Below, in pieces: positions 24,601-33,674 of a DNA stretch of 37,067 nucleotides. This DNA comes from a virus. Taxonomy: Duplodnaviria > Caudoviricetes. Under the pieces are notes generated by a model. It saw only the letters and a list, made by a program, of their open reading frames with translations, was not told the origin of the DNA and ran no database searches. The translations under genes and the position numbers were made by a program. Each line of letters starts with the position of its first letter. The first letter of the stretch is position 1. The stretch is from IMG/VR virus record IMGVR_UViG_3300032225_000582, positions 1 to 37,067 of that record. One strand, 5' to 3'.

Positions 24601-26895
24601 TTTGGTCCAAGCATTGCGCTTAATCCAAACATTACCGAGGCTTTGAAGTTCCATAAATTTAAAGGTGAATATACACAACTTCCTTCAAATAGTGAAGGAT
24701 TTGTAGTTAACTGGCTTCTTGAACTTAACAATACAGTGGGCAAGCGTAATGGTCAACTAGGAAATATAGTTCTTTGGAATGCTCACAAGCCACAAGGCGA
24801 AGTTATTGGCAAGTTAGTTGACTATATTGCCACCCCAGAAGGACAAGCACTAGCCAAACGATTTGCCATCTATGATGAAGTTGGCGCACAGAACTTTGCA
24901 GAACGCGTTTATGCTGATGCAACTTATGCATTGCGTGATAACGCAGGCAGAATTAACAACAAGTTAGTCAATGCTATCCGTGACAAGGGTGGTGTAGATA
25001 AGTTTACCCTTGATGACCTTGCAAAGATTGATGTTCCATATGCTCGCCCTAAATCAATCCTTGGCAAAGAATTAGTTCCTATTGAGTCAAGCGATGCACC
25101 TAACTTTATTAGGCGTGTACAGGATAATGGATATGGTTGGATTGGCAAGCAGATTGCCCTTCTTGACCGTGAGCCAATTACCTATGGTAACTATATTATG
25201 TACCGTGAACAGTTCCGTACACATCAATTGGCTGTAGAAGAATCAATGCTCAAGGCAGGCGCTAGTCCTGAGTTAGCAAAGAGTGCTGCTGCAATGTCAG
25301 CGCACGATATGTCTTTAAATCTTGCACGCAATAGAACTTTAGCCTTTGTTGATAATGCTGATATTCGTACCAATCTGGCTTTCAGTCTTAAAACATTTGG
25401 TCGTTACTATCGCGCTACCGAAGATTTTTACCGCCGTGCGGTACGCCTTGGCAAGTATGAGCCAGAAGCATTAGTTCGTCTAGCAATTGTTAACCAAACA
25501 TTTGAGGACTCTGGTTTTATTCATAAAGATGATAAAGGTCAGATGTACTTTACCTACCCAGGTGGTGGCATTCTTGACGATATGCTCAACTCTAAGTTGT
25601 TTGAACAACTAGGAATATCTGTACATCAACCATTGCCAGTTGTTTATGGTGGATATGTAAAGATGCTTACTCCATCTTTAGACACACAATCTGCAGCACC
25701 GCGGATTGGTGGACCGCTTGCTTCGGTAGCAATAGCAGGATTTGAACAATTACCTTTCATTGGTGATTTTATTCGCTCGCACGAGACAGCGATTACTGGT
25801 GGATTTAATCCAAACCAGCCACTATGGCGCAAGTTGTTGCCAGCACAGGTACTTCGTGCATTTGATATTGCCGTAGGTGGCGATGCAAACATTGATGCCC
25901 GCTTTAATGCTGTAATTAAGTCTATGCGTATGCTAGTAACCACAGGTCACGGACCCGAGAAGCCAGCAGATGTAACCAAGTTCTTGCACGATGCAACCAT
26001 TCAGGCTACCAATATTCAGGTAATGAAGTTGATACTTGGTGAGATGGCTCCAGCATCTATCCAAGCATTTGAAAACAAAACATTGCCTTCTGAACTAATT
26101 CGTTCTGGTGCGTTCACCTGGAACTCAGAGTTTATGAAGTTTAGAAATCGTTATGTAGATGACCCACAGGGTTTCAGCAAAGCACTTGTAGACTTTGCTA
26201 CCATCTATCCAAGTAAGTTAGCATTCACAGTATCTGCTACATCAGCAGGAACTGAGGCTGGATTCCAGAAGACTTATGAGGCTGCCAAGTTTATTAAGGC
26301 TAACTCTGACTTATTCCTTAAGCATAAAGAAGGTGCATCCTTCTTCTTGCCTGTAAACGGAGCCAGCGATTATCAGTCATACCAGTATCTCAAGAGCAAT
26401 GGTTTTGTAAAGAATAAGATACTTGAAGATTATGTCTTTGAAATTGCTACAGCAAATGCTCGCAAAACTTACTATCAAATATCAGATGATATAAATGCTA
26501 AGATTGCAGCAAGTCCAGACCCTATGTATAAGCGTTTCTTGCGTCAAGATTTGCAAACAAAGCAACAGCAACTAAAGAAATATTTCCCATTGCTATCTAC
26601 TGCACTTAGTGGCGCTAACCAAACAAAGAAACAAAATGCTCTTAATGATTTAAGAGATGTTGTTTTGACTGGCAAGGCTCCAGATAAGAACTTGGCTAAA
26701 CAGTTCTACACAATGATTGCTCTTTATGATAACTATATTAGCAAAACTAGCGGCTTAGGTAGCACTAATAATGATACAAACTATAAGAAGTTTCTTAAGG
26801 CTGACTTAAAAGATAACTTGGTGACAGCCGCTGGCACAAATGCAAACGCACAATCTGTGTATAACACACTATTAGAACCATTGATTGGAGAATAA
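21613..26895 (+). CDS. Large internal virion/ejection protein, 1760 aa
   Basis: Very long helical Ala-rich ORF in the head module without tape-measure context; function inferred. Confidence 0.6.
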   Translation: MTIRILAKDNPALAAAAVQAQATPEDIARLNSLVQFQKMHKELTAMPQNDAYAKFKSYKPETQQILSELYHPKYTQDDRGTLYNTARGIVNMVKSAAYYGGSSSKDIFSQIVAWNPQKLPVNIVKTVGEYTLGPATANTNPVGRTLNALVRPATKLIKQPYEAQVLYENATNNNIGQDWLNVGRVIGQGVKELLPGGQDITANYQGGGWKQYWAQASDPKAIFDTTATDKFEKDLNPTVATVAKMLASGKDLVAEFDTYKNNPEVTSLIAKWTGGDADTTAAIADAYARYSKSKISPGRDLARDLISQLPYEWEKAVMGDGKAQALFTAISGPIDFGVTFGLDPLLIAGKANKAALALKYGLAKNGVTTADFARVIETRPQVAKYFDEAGKLVDSFKSAAPDVSALAYTTLRNRYKELSPGLINDMAQFGVKDAKSTIQFFQGQSDITALTQGSAVIERTVLYPRYTIADSVSNKLKDFANKVLNTTNFRNTNIPGGTEDLSKIMAQDPVKWAEKLGVDEQFALSPSGEKLRFFTQRDRTIAAKVDRFVKAFEIAPKQERIIQISDATDADKIFAMSRAIGMDKTSASMIRRYWVNADEGARLVMLKGVLKSIGRAMGLEHSEVGRRLYSAIDDLSTELYSVSQESVNLGELNATAGLVSAENLAAPGGIRKAAQEVLRISTAEGKAGQVNASIVSEMKQNQLERKTLSLAKKQLKAQAKLGEDITDKLALVDQQLGLLGARWAKLNKARMGVKGAIVEGNIPADIDKFNAAEIGGTQRAIRVYQLETARALPDLNAWRAASARAGIINRVVGGSSNNAAAMATTDAWSFLNLFPRLGIRTSVEEVGTHLFINGAEGLSLYIKGRELSRALRVNELPGVKNAVLKKQGYLKEVETTNLGVLYNSLYKTLGKTKSKEELLALADDPEALAKAVAASVLNNRFRPSFFNTAMGNRVAEYAGDFARFDGKPIVDDILGSSYRAEMRLSDAEVKSRSLQQFGPSIALNPNITEALKFHKFKGEYTQLPSNSEGFVVNWLLELNNTVGKRNGQLGNIVLWNAHKPQGEVIGKLVDYIATPEGQALAKRFAIYDEVGAQNFAERVYADATYALRDNAGRINNKLVNAIRDKGGVDKFTLDDLAKIDVPYARPKSILGKELVPIESSDAPNFIRRVQDNGYGWIGKQIALLDREPITYGNYIMYREQFRTHQLAVEESMLKAGASPELAKSAAAMSAHDMSLNLARNRTLAFVDNADIRTNLAFSLKTFGRYYRATEDFYRRAVRLGKYEPEALVRLAIVNQTFEDSGFIHKDDKGQMYFTYPGGGILDDMLNSKLFEQLGISVHQPLPVVYGGYVKMLTPSLDTQSAAPRIGGPLASVAIAGFEQLPFIGDFIRSHETAITGGFNPNQPLWRKLLPAQVLRAFDIAVGGDANIDARFNAVIKSMRMLVTTGHGPEKPADVTKFLHDATIQATNIQVMKLILGEMAPASIQAFENKTLPSELIRSGAFTWNSEFMKFRNRYVDDPQGFSKALVDFATIYPSKLAFTVSATSAGTEAGFQKTYEAAKFIKANSDLFLKHKEGASFFLPVNGASDYQSYQYLKSNGFVKNKILEDYVFEIATANARKTYYQISDDINAKIAASPDPMYKRFLRQDLQTKQQQLKKYFPLLSTALSGANQTKKQNALNDLRDVVLTGKAPDKNLAKQFYTMIALYDNYISKTSGLGSTNNDTNYKKFLKADLKDNLVTAAGTNANAQSVYNTLLEPLIGE

Positions 26896-26898
26896 ATC

Positions 26899-27828
26899 GT
26901 GGCATTAGTCGACAATGATGGCGATGGTTTTAAGGCTTGGGACGGTAAAGGTGTTCCACCAGCAACAGGTACAGTACTTGACCCAAACGATAGCGATGCA
27001 AAAGTAATTCCAAGTTCTGATGGTGGCGGAGCAAATGATGCTGCTTATCAAACTTGGCTGAAGCAACAAAATCTGCTTAACAAGCCATCTATTTCTATAT
27101 CAACCCAGGCTGAAACTACAGCAGATATTAATGCTGCATATCAGGCAGCCTTCGGAGAAGATGCTCCTAAAGAGATTGCTAAGGCTTATTATCAGGAAGT
27201 AAACCGCCTTCAATCAGGACGCCAAACTGGCGGCACTGACATAAATGCAAAAGTAAACGTCAATGTTCAGGGTGTATCTGCCCAAGAAATACAGACTGTT
27301 TTGCAAAAGTATATTACGGCTACCGCTTCAGATAAGATTACTGCTGCACAAACTGGTGACCCTGTTGCACAAGCAGCACTGGCAAAGGGAAACTTTGGTG
27401 TTACATATACAACACTAAAGAACGCTTATGCTGATAATGGTATTCCAGTTAACATTAAGTCATTAGGCAGATTGGTTGTTGATTCAATTGCTAACCCTAA
27501 CAAGATGAAGGGAAATCTTAACCTTATTAACTTACAGGCTAAGACATACTTCCCATCTCTTGCAGACAAGATTGACCAAGGATATACGGTAAAGCAACTG
27601 CTTACTCCATACATCAACACCCGTGCCAATATCCTTGAAGAAGACCCAGATGCTATTGATATTCAATCATTGCAATCTGTGGCTAAAGACCCTAAAGGTT
27701 TAATGAATTTATACGACTATGAAGTGTCTTTACGCAATGACCCTAAGTGGCGTTTTACTAAGAATGCACAAGATACTATGAGCGGTTTAGCAAATAGTCT
27801 TGCCAAGACATTCGGATTGGTTGGATAA
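26899..27828 (+). CDS. Putative internal virion protein, 309 aa
   Basis: GGAG SD; LRNDPKWRFTKNA C-terminal motif; structural module. Confidence 0.6.
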   Translation: MALVDNDGDGFKAWDGKGVPPATGTVLDPNDSDAKVIPSSDGGGANDAAYQTWLKQQNLLNKPSISISTQAETTADINAAYQAAFGEDAPKEIAKAYYQEVNRLQSGRQTGGTDINAKVNVNVQGVSAQEIQTVLQKYITATASDKITAAQTGDPVAQAALAKGNFGVTYTTLKNAYADNGIPVNIKSLGRLVVDSIANPNKMKGNLNLINLQAKTYFPSLADKIDQGYTVKQLLTPYINTRANILEEDPDAIDIQSLQSVAKDPKGLMNLYDYEVSLRNDPKWRFTKNAQDTMSGLANSLAKTFGLVG

Positions 27829-29207
27829 TGGCAATTGCCCCAGAACCAGGTATGACTGCTGCAGAAATTAAAGCAGCCAATACTGCAGTAAATCAAGCAC
27901 GTATTGCTAATAATGCACCTGCTCCAGTAGTACCTGTTGTTACGCCAACATCTGGTGCTATTCCTAACTTTACACCTTCCGTAAAAATGCCAGCACCAGC
28001 AGTAGAACCTGGTCAACCAGGATTCGTAGGACCAGTTATCCCTAGTACTCCAGTAATTCCAGCAACTCCATCTGCACCCGTATGGAAAAAGGCTGGCACT
28101 GTAATTACTACTCAGGGTCCAGTTGATGTTGACTCCACTGGAAAAGCATCAGATGGCACTATTCCTATTGCAGTAAGCGATGCTAACCGTCCACCGCAAC
28201 CAGGCACTGGCTACGACTGGGATGGAAGCAAGTGGGTAAAGCCGCCAGTTCCACAGGATGGCAAGACTTATACTTGGGATGATATGAAAGGTTGGGTTCC
28301 TTCGGAACTTAACACATCAAAGACAACCACTCAGCAGGTAGACTCTATTGCTGCAGTTACAGCATTGTTATCTTCATATGGAATTGGTGACCTAGGACCT
28401 GCAATTACTGCAGCAGTTATGAAGGGTTACTCAACAGATACTATTAACTTGATTATGCAAGACCCTAATAGTAATGACCCATTAGCGGTTGCATTTCAAA
28501 CACGTTTCCCATCAAACAAAGCCCGTCTTGCTGCAGGTAAATCAGTGCTTAGCCCAGGAGAATACCTTGCTGCAGAACGCACCTACACACAGATTTTGCA
28601 AAGTTATGGTGTGGCAAATCTTGCCACTAGAGACAAACTCAATCAGTTTATTGCCAATGATATTTCGGCAACTGAGGTGGCAGACCGAGTTAACCTTGCG
28701 GTTAACCGAGTTCAGAATGCAGATGCTGCTACTAAAGAAGCACTTAAGCAATACTATCCAATGCTTAACCAAGCAGACATTGTTGGTGCGGTTCTTAATC
28801 CATCAGAAGGTCTTCCAGCGTTACAACGCAAGATTACAATTGGTGAAATTGGTGGAGCAGCATTGGCTCAGAACCTTAAAGATGCAACTGGAAACATTAA
28901 CATTGCTATGGGTGCAAGCACCCTTGCAGACCTTGGTGTTACACAAGCCAAGGCTCGTGAAGGCTTTGCAACAGTAGCCGAAGTTACACCGCGGGGACAG
29001 TTCCTATCTGGAATTTCTTCAACTGGTCAACAGTATGGTCAACTTCAAGCAGAACAAGAAGCATTCCAGGGACTTGCCTCAGCCAAGCGTGCGCGTCAAG
29101 CGTTAACTGCTGAAGAACAGGCACGATTCCAAGGCTCATCAGGTACAGCAAGAGGTGCATTCTCTACTGGTTACCTAAGCAAGCAAGCATCAAGCGGCGC
29201 TTTCTAA
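27828..29207 (+). CDS. Putative internal virion protein with Pro-rich N-terminus, 459 aa
   Basis: TAATG coupling; LSPGEYL..E motif; E.ARF.G.SG end. Confidence 0.6.
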   Translation: MAIAPEPGMTAAEIKAANTAVNQARIANNAPAPVVPVVTPTSGAIPNFTPSVKMPAPAVEPGQPGFVGPVIPSTPVIPATPSAPVWKKAGTVITTQGPVDVDSTGKASDGTIPIAVSDANRPPQPGTGYDWDGSKWVKPPVPQDGKTYTWDDMKGWVPSELNTSKTTTQQVDSIAAVTALLSSYGIGDLGPAITAAVMKGYSTDTINLIMQDPNSNDPLAVAFQTRFPSNKARLAAGKSVLSPGEYLAAERTYTQILQSYGVANLATRDKLNQFIANDISATEVADRVNLAVNRVQNADAATKEALKQYYPMLNQADIVGAVLNPSEGLPALQRKITIGEIGGAALAQNLKDATGNINIAMGASTLADLGVTQAKAREGFATVAEVTPRGQFLSGISSTGQQYGQLQAEQEAFQGLASAKRARQALTAEEQARFQGSSGTARGAFSTGYLSKQASSGAF

Positions 29208-29219
29208 ACGAATAGAATC

Positions 29220-29302
29220 CTGAACGGACCCACCAGCCCCGTCAGCGTATAAGACTGGTAGCAAGAGCCAGACCGATTCCCCGATTGGAACCTGTGGCTT
29301 GC
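29220..29302 (+). ncRNA. Structured leader of the scaffold/capsid genes (pseudoknot plus a second hairpin)
   Basis: ctga(a)cgg/ccgtcag stem; loop ACCAG pairs with CTGGT 29255-29259; gcaag..cca/tggcttgc and ccgat/attgg stems. Confidence 0.55.
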
Positions 29303-29335
29303 GAACTAACTAATAGAGAAGGGTGGATGGTTGCT

Positions 29336-29821
29336 ATGAGCAACAACTACTGGGATGAAGAAGACGATGACCTCGATACCGAAGTCGAAACAACAAGCGG
29401 AGATGGAAGCGACCTCTTAAAGAAGTTGCGGAAAGCAAAGCGTAATGACGAGAAACGTATCAAAGAACTAACAGACCAACTAGAAGGTTTGTCAAGGGCG
29501 GCACGAGAGCGCACCGTCAAGGAAGTCTTAGAAAAGAAGGGTGTAAATCCTAAAGCAGTACGACTAATCCTCAAGGACATCGACGATGTATCTGAAGAGT
29601 CAGTAAATAACTGGCTAGACGATAACGGAGATTTGTTCGGGATTACTTCTACACAGCAGGATGCACCTAAAGCAGATGGAGTAGACCTAGCGGCATTACG
29701 CCAGCAGGATGCTTTAACTCAGGGTGCAGTAACACCTGATAGGGCAGAAGATATAAGTATGAGACTCGACCAAGCAACAAGCGCGGAAGAAATTTATCAG
29801 ATACTTGGACGCCCAATTTAA
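29336..29821 (+). CDS. Capsid scaffolding protein (likely start ATG 29336)
   Basis: Acidic N-terminus, coiled coil, directly upstream of the capsid gene. Confidence 0.75.
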   Translation: MSNNYWDEEDDDLDTEVETTSGDGSDLLKKLRKAKRNDEKRIKELTDQLEGLSRAARERTVKEVLEKKGVNPKAVRLILKDIDDVSEESVNNWLDDNGDLFGITSTQQDAPKADGVDLAALRQQDALTQGAVTPDRAEDISMRLDQATSAEEIYQILGRPI

Positions 29822-29860
29822 CCAATCATAGTTTCTAACTACAAAAGGAAAATACCTTAA

Positions 29861-30820
29861 ATGGCAAATGCATATACAACCACAGGCTCGTCATCTCTTG
29901 GCGGCACACTTGGTTCTGCAGGTTTAGTCCAGAAGGCATATGACCGACTTCTTGAGTTCGCACTCCGTGCAGAGCCACTTATTCGTTCAGTCGCTGACAA
30001 GACACCTACAAACCAATCAATCCCAGGTTCAACAGTTGTTCTACAACGTTACGTTGACCTAGCAGCACAGACAACAGCACTTACAGAAGATGCTGACCGC
30101 GATGCTGTAGCGTTATCAACACCTACAACTACAACAATCACATTGAACGAATACGGTAACTCAGTTCTCGTAACTCGCGCTCTTGAATTGTTCTCACTTG
30201 CAGATGTTGACCCAGCAATTGCTAACATCATTGCGTTCAACCTTGCAGATTCAATCGACCAGGTAGCGATGGAAACACTTCGCGCTGGTACAAACGTAAT
30301 CTACGCAGGTGCAACAGCAACTTCAACAGCAACTGTTACAGCAGCAGCAACAATCTCATCAGCCAACATCCGTCGCGCTGTTGCCAAGTTGCGTGCTAAC
30401 AAGACAATCGCTCGCAAGGGCAACCTATACTGGGCTGGTATCCACCCAGAAGTTTCACACGACCTTCGTGCAGAGACAGGCTCAGCAGGATGGCTCCTAC
30501 CTAACCAATACGGTTCTGCACAGGACCGCATCTGGGCTGGAGAAATCGGAACATACGAAGGTGCATACTTCGTAGAATCTGCTCGTCTCTATAACGCAAC
30601 AGACGGTGCTTCATCTGCACGTAACTTCCGTACCATCATTGCAGGACAGCAAGCAATGGCACAGGCAGTTGCAGAAGAACCACACGTAGTCATCGGACCA
30701 GTAGTTGACAAGTTAATGCGTCACCGCCCAATGGGTTGGTACGGCGTACTTGGCTTTGCTCGCTACCGCGAAGAAGCACTATACCGAATCGAATCAGGTT
30801 CATCAATCAACGTATCTTAA
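29861..30820 (+). CDS. Major capsid protein (N4-gp56-like)
   Basis: 319 aa; LTE, TITLNEYG, IHPEVSHDLR, GEIGTYEG..FVES, GWYG motifs; strong codon bias. Confidence 0.9.
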   Translation: MANAYTTTGSSSLGGTLGSAGLVQKAYDRLLEFALRAEPLIRSVADKTPTNQSIPGSTVVLQRYVDLAAQTTALTEDADRDAVALSTPTTTTITLNEYGNSVLVTRALELFSLADVDPAIANIIAFNLADSIDQVAMETLRAGTNVIYAGATATSTATVTAAATISSANIRRAVAKLRANKTIARKGNLYWAGIHPEVSHDLRAETGSAGWLLPNQYGSAQDRIWAGEIGTYEGAYFVESARLYNATDGASSARNFRTIIAGQQAMAQAVAEEPHVVIGPVVDKLMRHRPMGWYGVLGFARYREEALYRIESGSSINVS

Positions 30821-30830
30821 TTGGTTGACG

Positions 30831-30858
30831 GGTAGGCAGGGAGAAATCCCTGTCTATC
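30831..30858 (+). terminator. Hairpin after the capsid gene (terminator/stabiliser, weak U-tract)
   Basis: ggtaggcaggg / ccctgtctatc. Confidence 0.55.
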
Positions 30859-30880
30859 AGTAAGTTCATTAAGGAGAACA

Positions 30881-31150
30881 ATGGCGAACTATAAGTTCAG
30901 AACACCAATAGTCGATGAGGGTCCTGCGGGAGCGCATCGTTTATTTACGTTTTACAAACTGCATAGAGGCATCACCATTGTTAAAGAAGGTGGCGTTTAC
31001 AAGCAGGTTAGATACCAACAGGATTCCTACTATGATGGACTCAGTGAAGTCTATATGGGCGGAACAGAAAAGACAGTTAGCGAAGCAACGAAGGCAGCAC
31101 TTATTGCTGGTGGAGTTGGAGTAACAGAGGCAAACTTTACTGCACTATAA
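30881..31150 (+). CDS. Hypothetical virion-module protein, 89 aa
   Basis: AAGGAG SD. Confidence 0.75.
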   Translation: MANYKFRTPIVDEGPAGAHRLFTFYKLHRGITIVKEGGVYKQVRYQQDSYYDGLSEVYMGGTEKTVSEATKAALIAGGVGVTEANFTAL

Positions 31151-31158
31151 GGGACATA

Positions 31159-31584
31159 ATGCATAGCCATATCAGCAAGGTACTTGAATGGGGTTTTACC
31201 CCAGAGCACGATTTTGTAGCAACTCTTTGGGGTTGTGCGTTGTGCGATATTAAGACAGATAAACCTTTTCAACACGAAGATGTATCAATAGACCATTCCC
31301 AATGTGACGAGGATTGTTTTGGTTGCAAAGCCAAGGGACTCCAACTTAATACTGGGGACGCAACAAGAGATATTCCTGACAAGAAGTGGACATCCGAATT
31401 AAAAGCATATAAGGATGCCACTGCTCAAGGAATGAAACCAGCAGGAACAAGAATGAAAGACATCGAAGCAGCATATACGGCATCAGAAATTTTGAACAAA
31501 CCATATAACGCTGAGAAGATGCCTAAAGCATCAAACATAAATAAAAAATCCGTTGAAGTAATGAGAGAGATTGGGCAAATATAA
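31159..31584 (+). CDS. Hypothetical Cys/His-containing protein, 141 aa
   Basis: CALC, H..C..DCFGCK, KWTSELKAY…GMKPAGT. Confidence 0.7.
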   Translation: MHSHISKVLEWGFTPEHDFVATLWGCALCDIKTDKPFQHEDVSIDHSQCDEDCFGCKAKGLQLNTGDATRDIPDKKWTSELKAYKDATAQGMKPAGTRMKDIEAAYTASEILNKPYNAEKMPKASNINKKSVEVMREIGQI

Positions 31585-31727
31585 TGGCAAAGATGTCAAG
31601 CAAAATGATGAAGGCTTACGCAATGGCAGAAAAGAAAGAACCAGCAAAGATGAAGAAGGCAGAAGTCAAGGCTGGAATGAAGATGATGAAGAAGGCTGCT
31701 CCAAAGAAGATGGGCAAGAAGAAGTAA
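31584..31727 (+). CDS. 47-aa Lys/Met/Ala-rich basic protein
   Basis: MAKMSSKMMKAYAMAEKKEPAKMKKAEVKAGMKMMKKAAPKKMGKKK; TAATG coupling. Confidence 0.75.
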   Translation: MAKMSSKMMKAYAMAEKKEPAKMKKAEVKAGMKMMKKAAPKKMGKKK

Positions 31728-31904
31728 ATGCCCACCCCAAAGAAACCACTAACGGGTGATGCGGCAGTTAAAGCCTATCAACGTGAGATTTCCCCAAAGG
31801 GTATGGCTGAGGCTGAGGCTGCTGCTCGTAAAGCACTTGATGCTAAGTATCCAGGACTTTACCTTCCACAAGCACGCACTACTGCAGGAGTCAAAAAGAA
31901 ATGA
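31728..31904 (+). CDS. 58-aa basic protein
   Basis: MPTPKKPLTGDAAVKAYQREISPKG…KYPGLY…KKK; abuts neighbours. Confidence 0.7.
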   Translation: MPTPKKPLTGDAAVKAYQREISPKGMAEAEAAARKALDAKYPGLYLPQARTTAGVKKK

Positions 31905-32080
31905 AAAAGCACCCAGGATTCAAAGCAACTCAAAAGAAAATTGCTGCAAAGCAAGGTGTCTCAATGGAACGTGCGGGTGCAATTCTTGCTGCGGGTGCGA
32001 GGAAAGCCTCCCCAGCAGCGATTAAGGCTAACCCACGTCTTAAAAAAGTTTCTGGAGTGGTTAAGAAGAAGGCTAAGTAA
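31901..32080 (+). CDS. 59-aa basic protein
   Basis: MKKHPGFKA…AGAILAAGARKASPAAIKANPRLKKV; AGGAG SD; ATGA overlap. Confidence 0.8.
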   Translation: MKKHPGFKATQKKIAAKQGVSMERAGAILAAGARKASPAAIKANPRLKKVSGVVKKKAK

Positions 32081-32238
32081 TGATTAAAAAAGTTTGGGAT
32101 ACACCAAATCCTAAAAGTAAATCTACAAAACTTTCTCCTAAAAAGAAGTCTGCAGCAAAGGCTCGCGCCAAGTCTGCGGGACGTCCATATCCAAACCTTA
32201 TTGATAATATGGCGGTAAGCAAGAAGAAGGGTAAGTAA
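32080..32238 (+). CDS. 52-aa basic protein
   Basis: …AKARAKSAGRPYPNLIDNM…; TAATG overlaps on both sides. Confidence 0.8.
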   Translation: MIKKVWDTPNPKSKSTKLSPKKKSAAKARAKSAGRPYPNLIDNMAVSKKKGK

Positions 32239-32525
32239 TGACTGCAGCCTGGACACGTAAAGAAGGCAAGAACCCAAAGGGTGGTCTTAACGCTAAAGGC
32301 AGAGCGTCATACAAAGGTGGGACTTTAAAGCCACCAGTTAAATCTGGAGATAACCCACGACGTGCATCATTCTTAGCGCGTATGGGAAGTATGCCAGGAC
32401 CTGAACGCAAGCCAAACGGCGAACCAACAAGATTGCTCTTATCGCTTAATGCGTGGGGTGCATCAAGTAAGGCTGATGCCAAGAAGAAGGCAGCAGCAAT
32501 ATCTAAGAGAAACAAAGGAAAATAA
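32238..32525 (+). CDS. 95-aa basic protein (DUF6321-like)
   Basis: AWTRKEGKNPKGGLNAKGRASY…RRASFLARM. Confidence 0.8.
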   Translation: MTAAWTRKEGKNPKGGLNAKGRASYKGGTLKPPVKSGDNPRRASFLARMGSMPGPERKPNGEPTRLLLSLNAWGASSKADAKKKAAAISKRNKGK

Positions 32526-32526
32526 T

Positions 32527-32667
32527 ATGCCAATTGTAAATATCACAAAGCCAACACGCAAGGCTGCAAAAGATTATTCACAAGTTAAAGATATGCATAA
32601 GCCAGGTACCAAGGGTGGACCAGCAGATGCTTATGTTAAGCCAGCAGCATATCCAACAACAAAGTAA
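32527..32667 (+). CDS. 46-aa basic protein
   Basis: AAAGGA SD; MPIVNITKPTRKAAKDY…. Confidence 0.6.
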   Translation: MPIVNITKPTRKAAKDYSQVKDMHKPGTKGGPADAYVKPAAYPTTK

Positions 32668-32681
32668 GAAAGCAGGGGACA

Positions 32682-33395
32682 ATGCAAGAGACGGTTTCAA
32701 TCGCCTGGTGCGACAACGGAATGGTAGATGGAAAGTTTATGCAGGGCGTTACAGATGTAATGCTTCATTCTGGGATTAAATTTTCCACTACCTTACGTAG
32801 CGCAGGCAATCAAATTGCAAGACAACGTGACAAAGTAATTCATTACTGGTATGACAATAACAAGTCTGACTGGCTACTCTGGGTTGACTCAGATGTAGTA
32901 ATTAGTCCAGACACATTTAAACTTCTTTGGGAAAGCAAGGATGCCACAGAGCGTCCAATCGTCAGTGGAGTTTACTTCACAACTGACCAGCCTGAAGAAC
33001 CGCTTATGACACCACTGCCCACATTGTTTAACTTTGTTTCCAGTGAAGAGACAGTTGGTGTTTCAAGAATCCATCCTATGCCAGTCAATGAGTTAATCAA
33101 GATTGGCGCAGCAGGAATGGGATTTGTTCTAATGCACCGAAGTGTTATAGAGAAGATTAAAGAAGCAGCGCCAGGGGCGCCAATCTTTTCGGATATTGGA
33201 CACGGTAAAAATTTTCTTGGCGAAGATATTTACTTCTTTGCCTTGTGCGACAAGGCTGATATTCCAGTCTACGCACATACAGCAGCAACCGCTCCACACA
33301 TAAAGAGATTCTCTTTTGACGAGCACTACTACAACGCATTCTTTGGTGGCACTAAGTCCGAAAAGAAATCAAATTTAATTGTACCAAAACGCTAA
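32682..33395 (+). CDS. GT-A fold (GT2-like) glycosyltransferase
   Basis: DWLLWVDSD (DxD), VSGVYF, GMGFVLMHR, GEDIYF, H.K. Confidence 0.85.
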   Translation: MQETVSIAWCDNGMVDGKFMQGVTDVMLHSGIKFSTTLRSAGNQIARQRDKVIHYWYDNNKSDWLLWVDSDVVISPDTFKLLWESKDATERPIVSGVYFTTDQPEEPLMTPLPTLFNFVSSEETVGVSRIHPMPVNELIKIGAAGMGFVLMHRSVIEKIKEAAPGAPIFSDIGHGKNFLGEDIYFFALCDKADIPVYAHTAATAPHIKRFSFDEHYYNAFFGGTKSEKKSNLIVPKR

Positions 33396-33407
33396 GGAAG
33401 GTTAACA

Positions 33408-33674
33408 ATGGCACTAGGCAAAGCAGGTAGCAGCCTAACAGCAGAACTTAATAGGTTATCGGGTATTACTGATATTACTAAATACCTTGATGAGCAGGGT
33501 GCTGCTAATCGCTGGGCTAGTACCACTGGACTTTCAACTGTAGGTGCATTAAACATCAAAGCATCTTCTTCACGCACAAGAGATAAGTTTAAAGACATTG
33601 ATGGAATTTGCAATGAACTTGCTGGAACAACTGGGCTTGCAGCCCCTGCAGCCCTAAGGAGCATCAACTACTAA
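33408..33674 (+). CDS. Hypothetical virion protein, 88 aa
   Basis: Internal repeat ELNRL/ANRWA.TTGL/NELAGTTGL. Confidence 0.7.
   Translation: MALGKAGSSLTAELNRLSGITDITKYLDEQGAANRWASTTGLSTVGALNIKASSSRTRDKFKDIDGICNELAGTTGLAAPAALRSINY

Noticed and set aside
31571-32025. ORF-track ORFs 31571-31759 and 31756-32025
   Set aside because: Off-frame shadows of the coupled Lys-rich genes, which tile the region with stop/start overlaps
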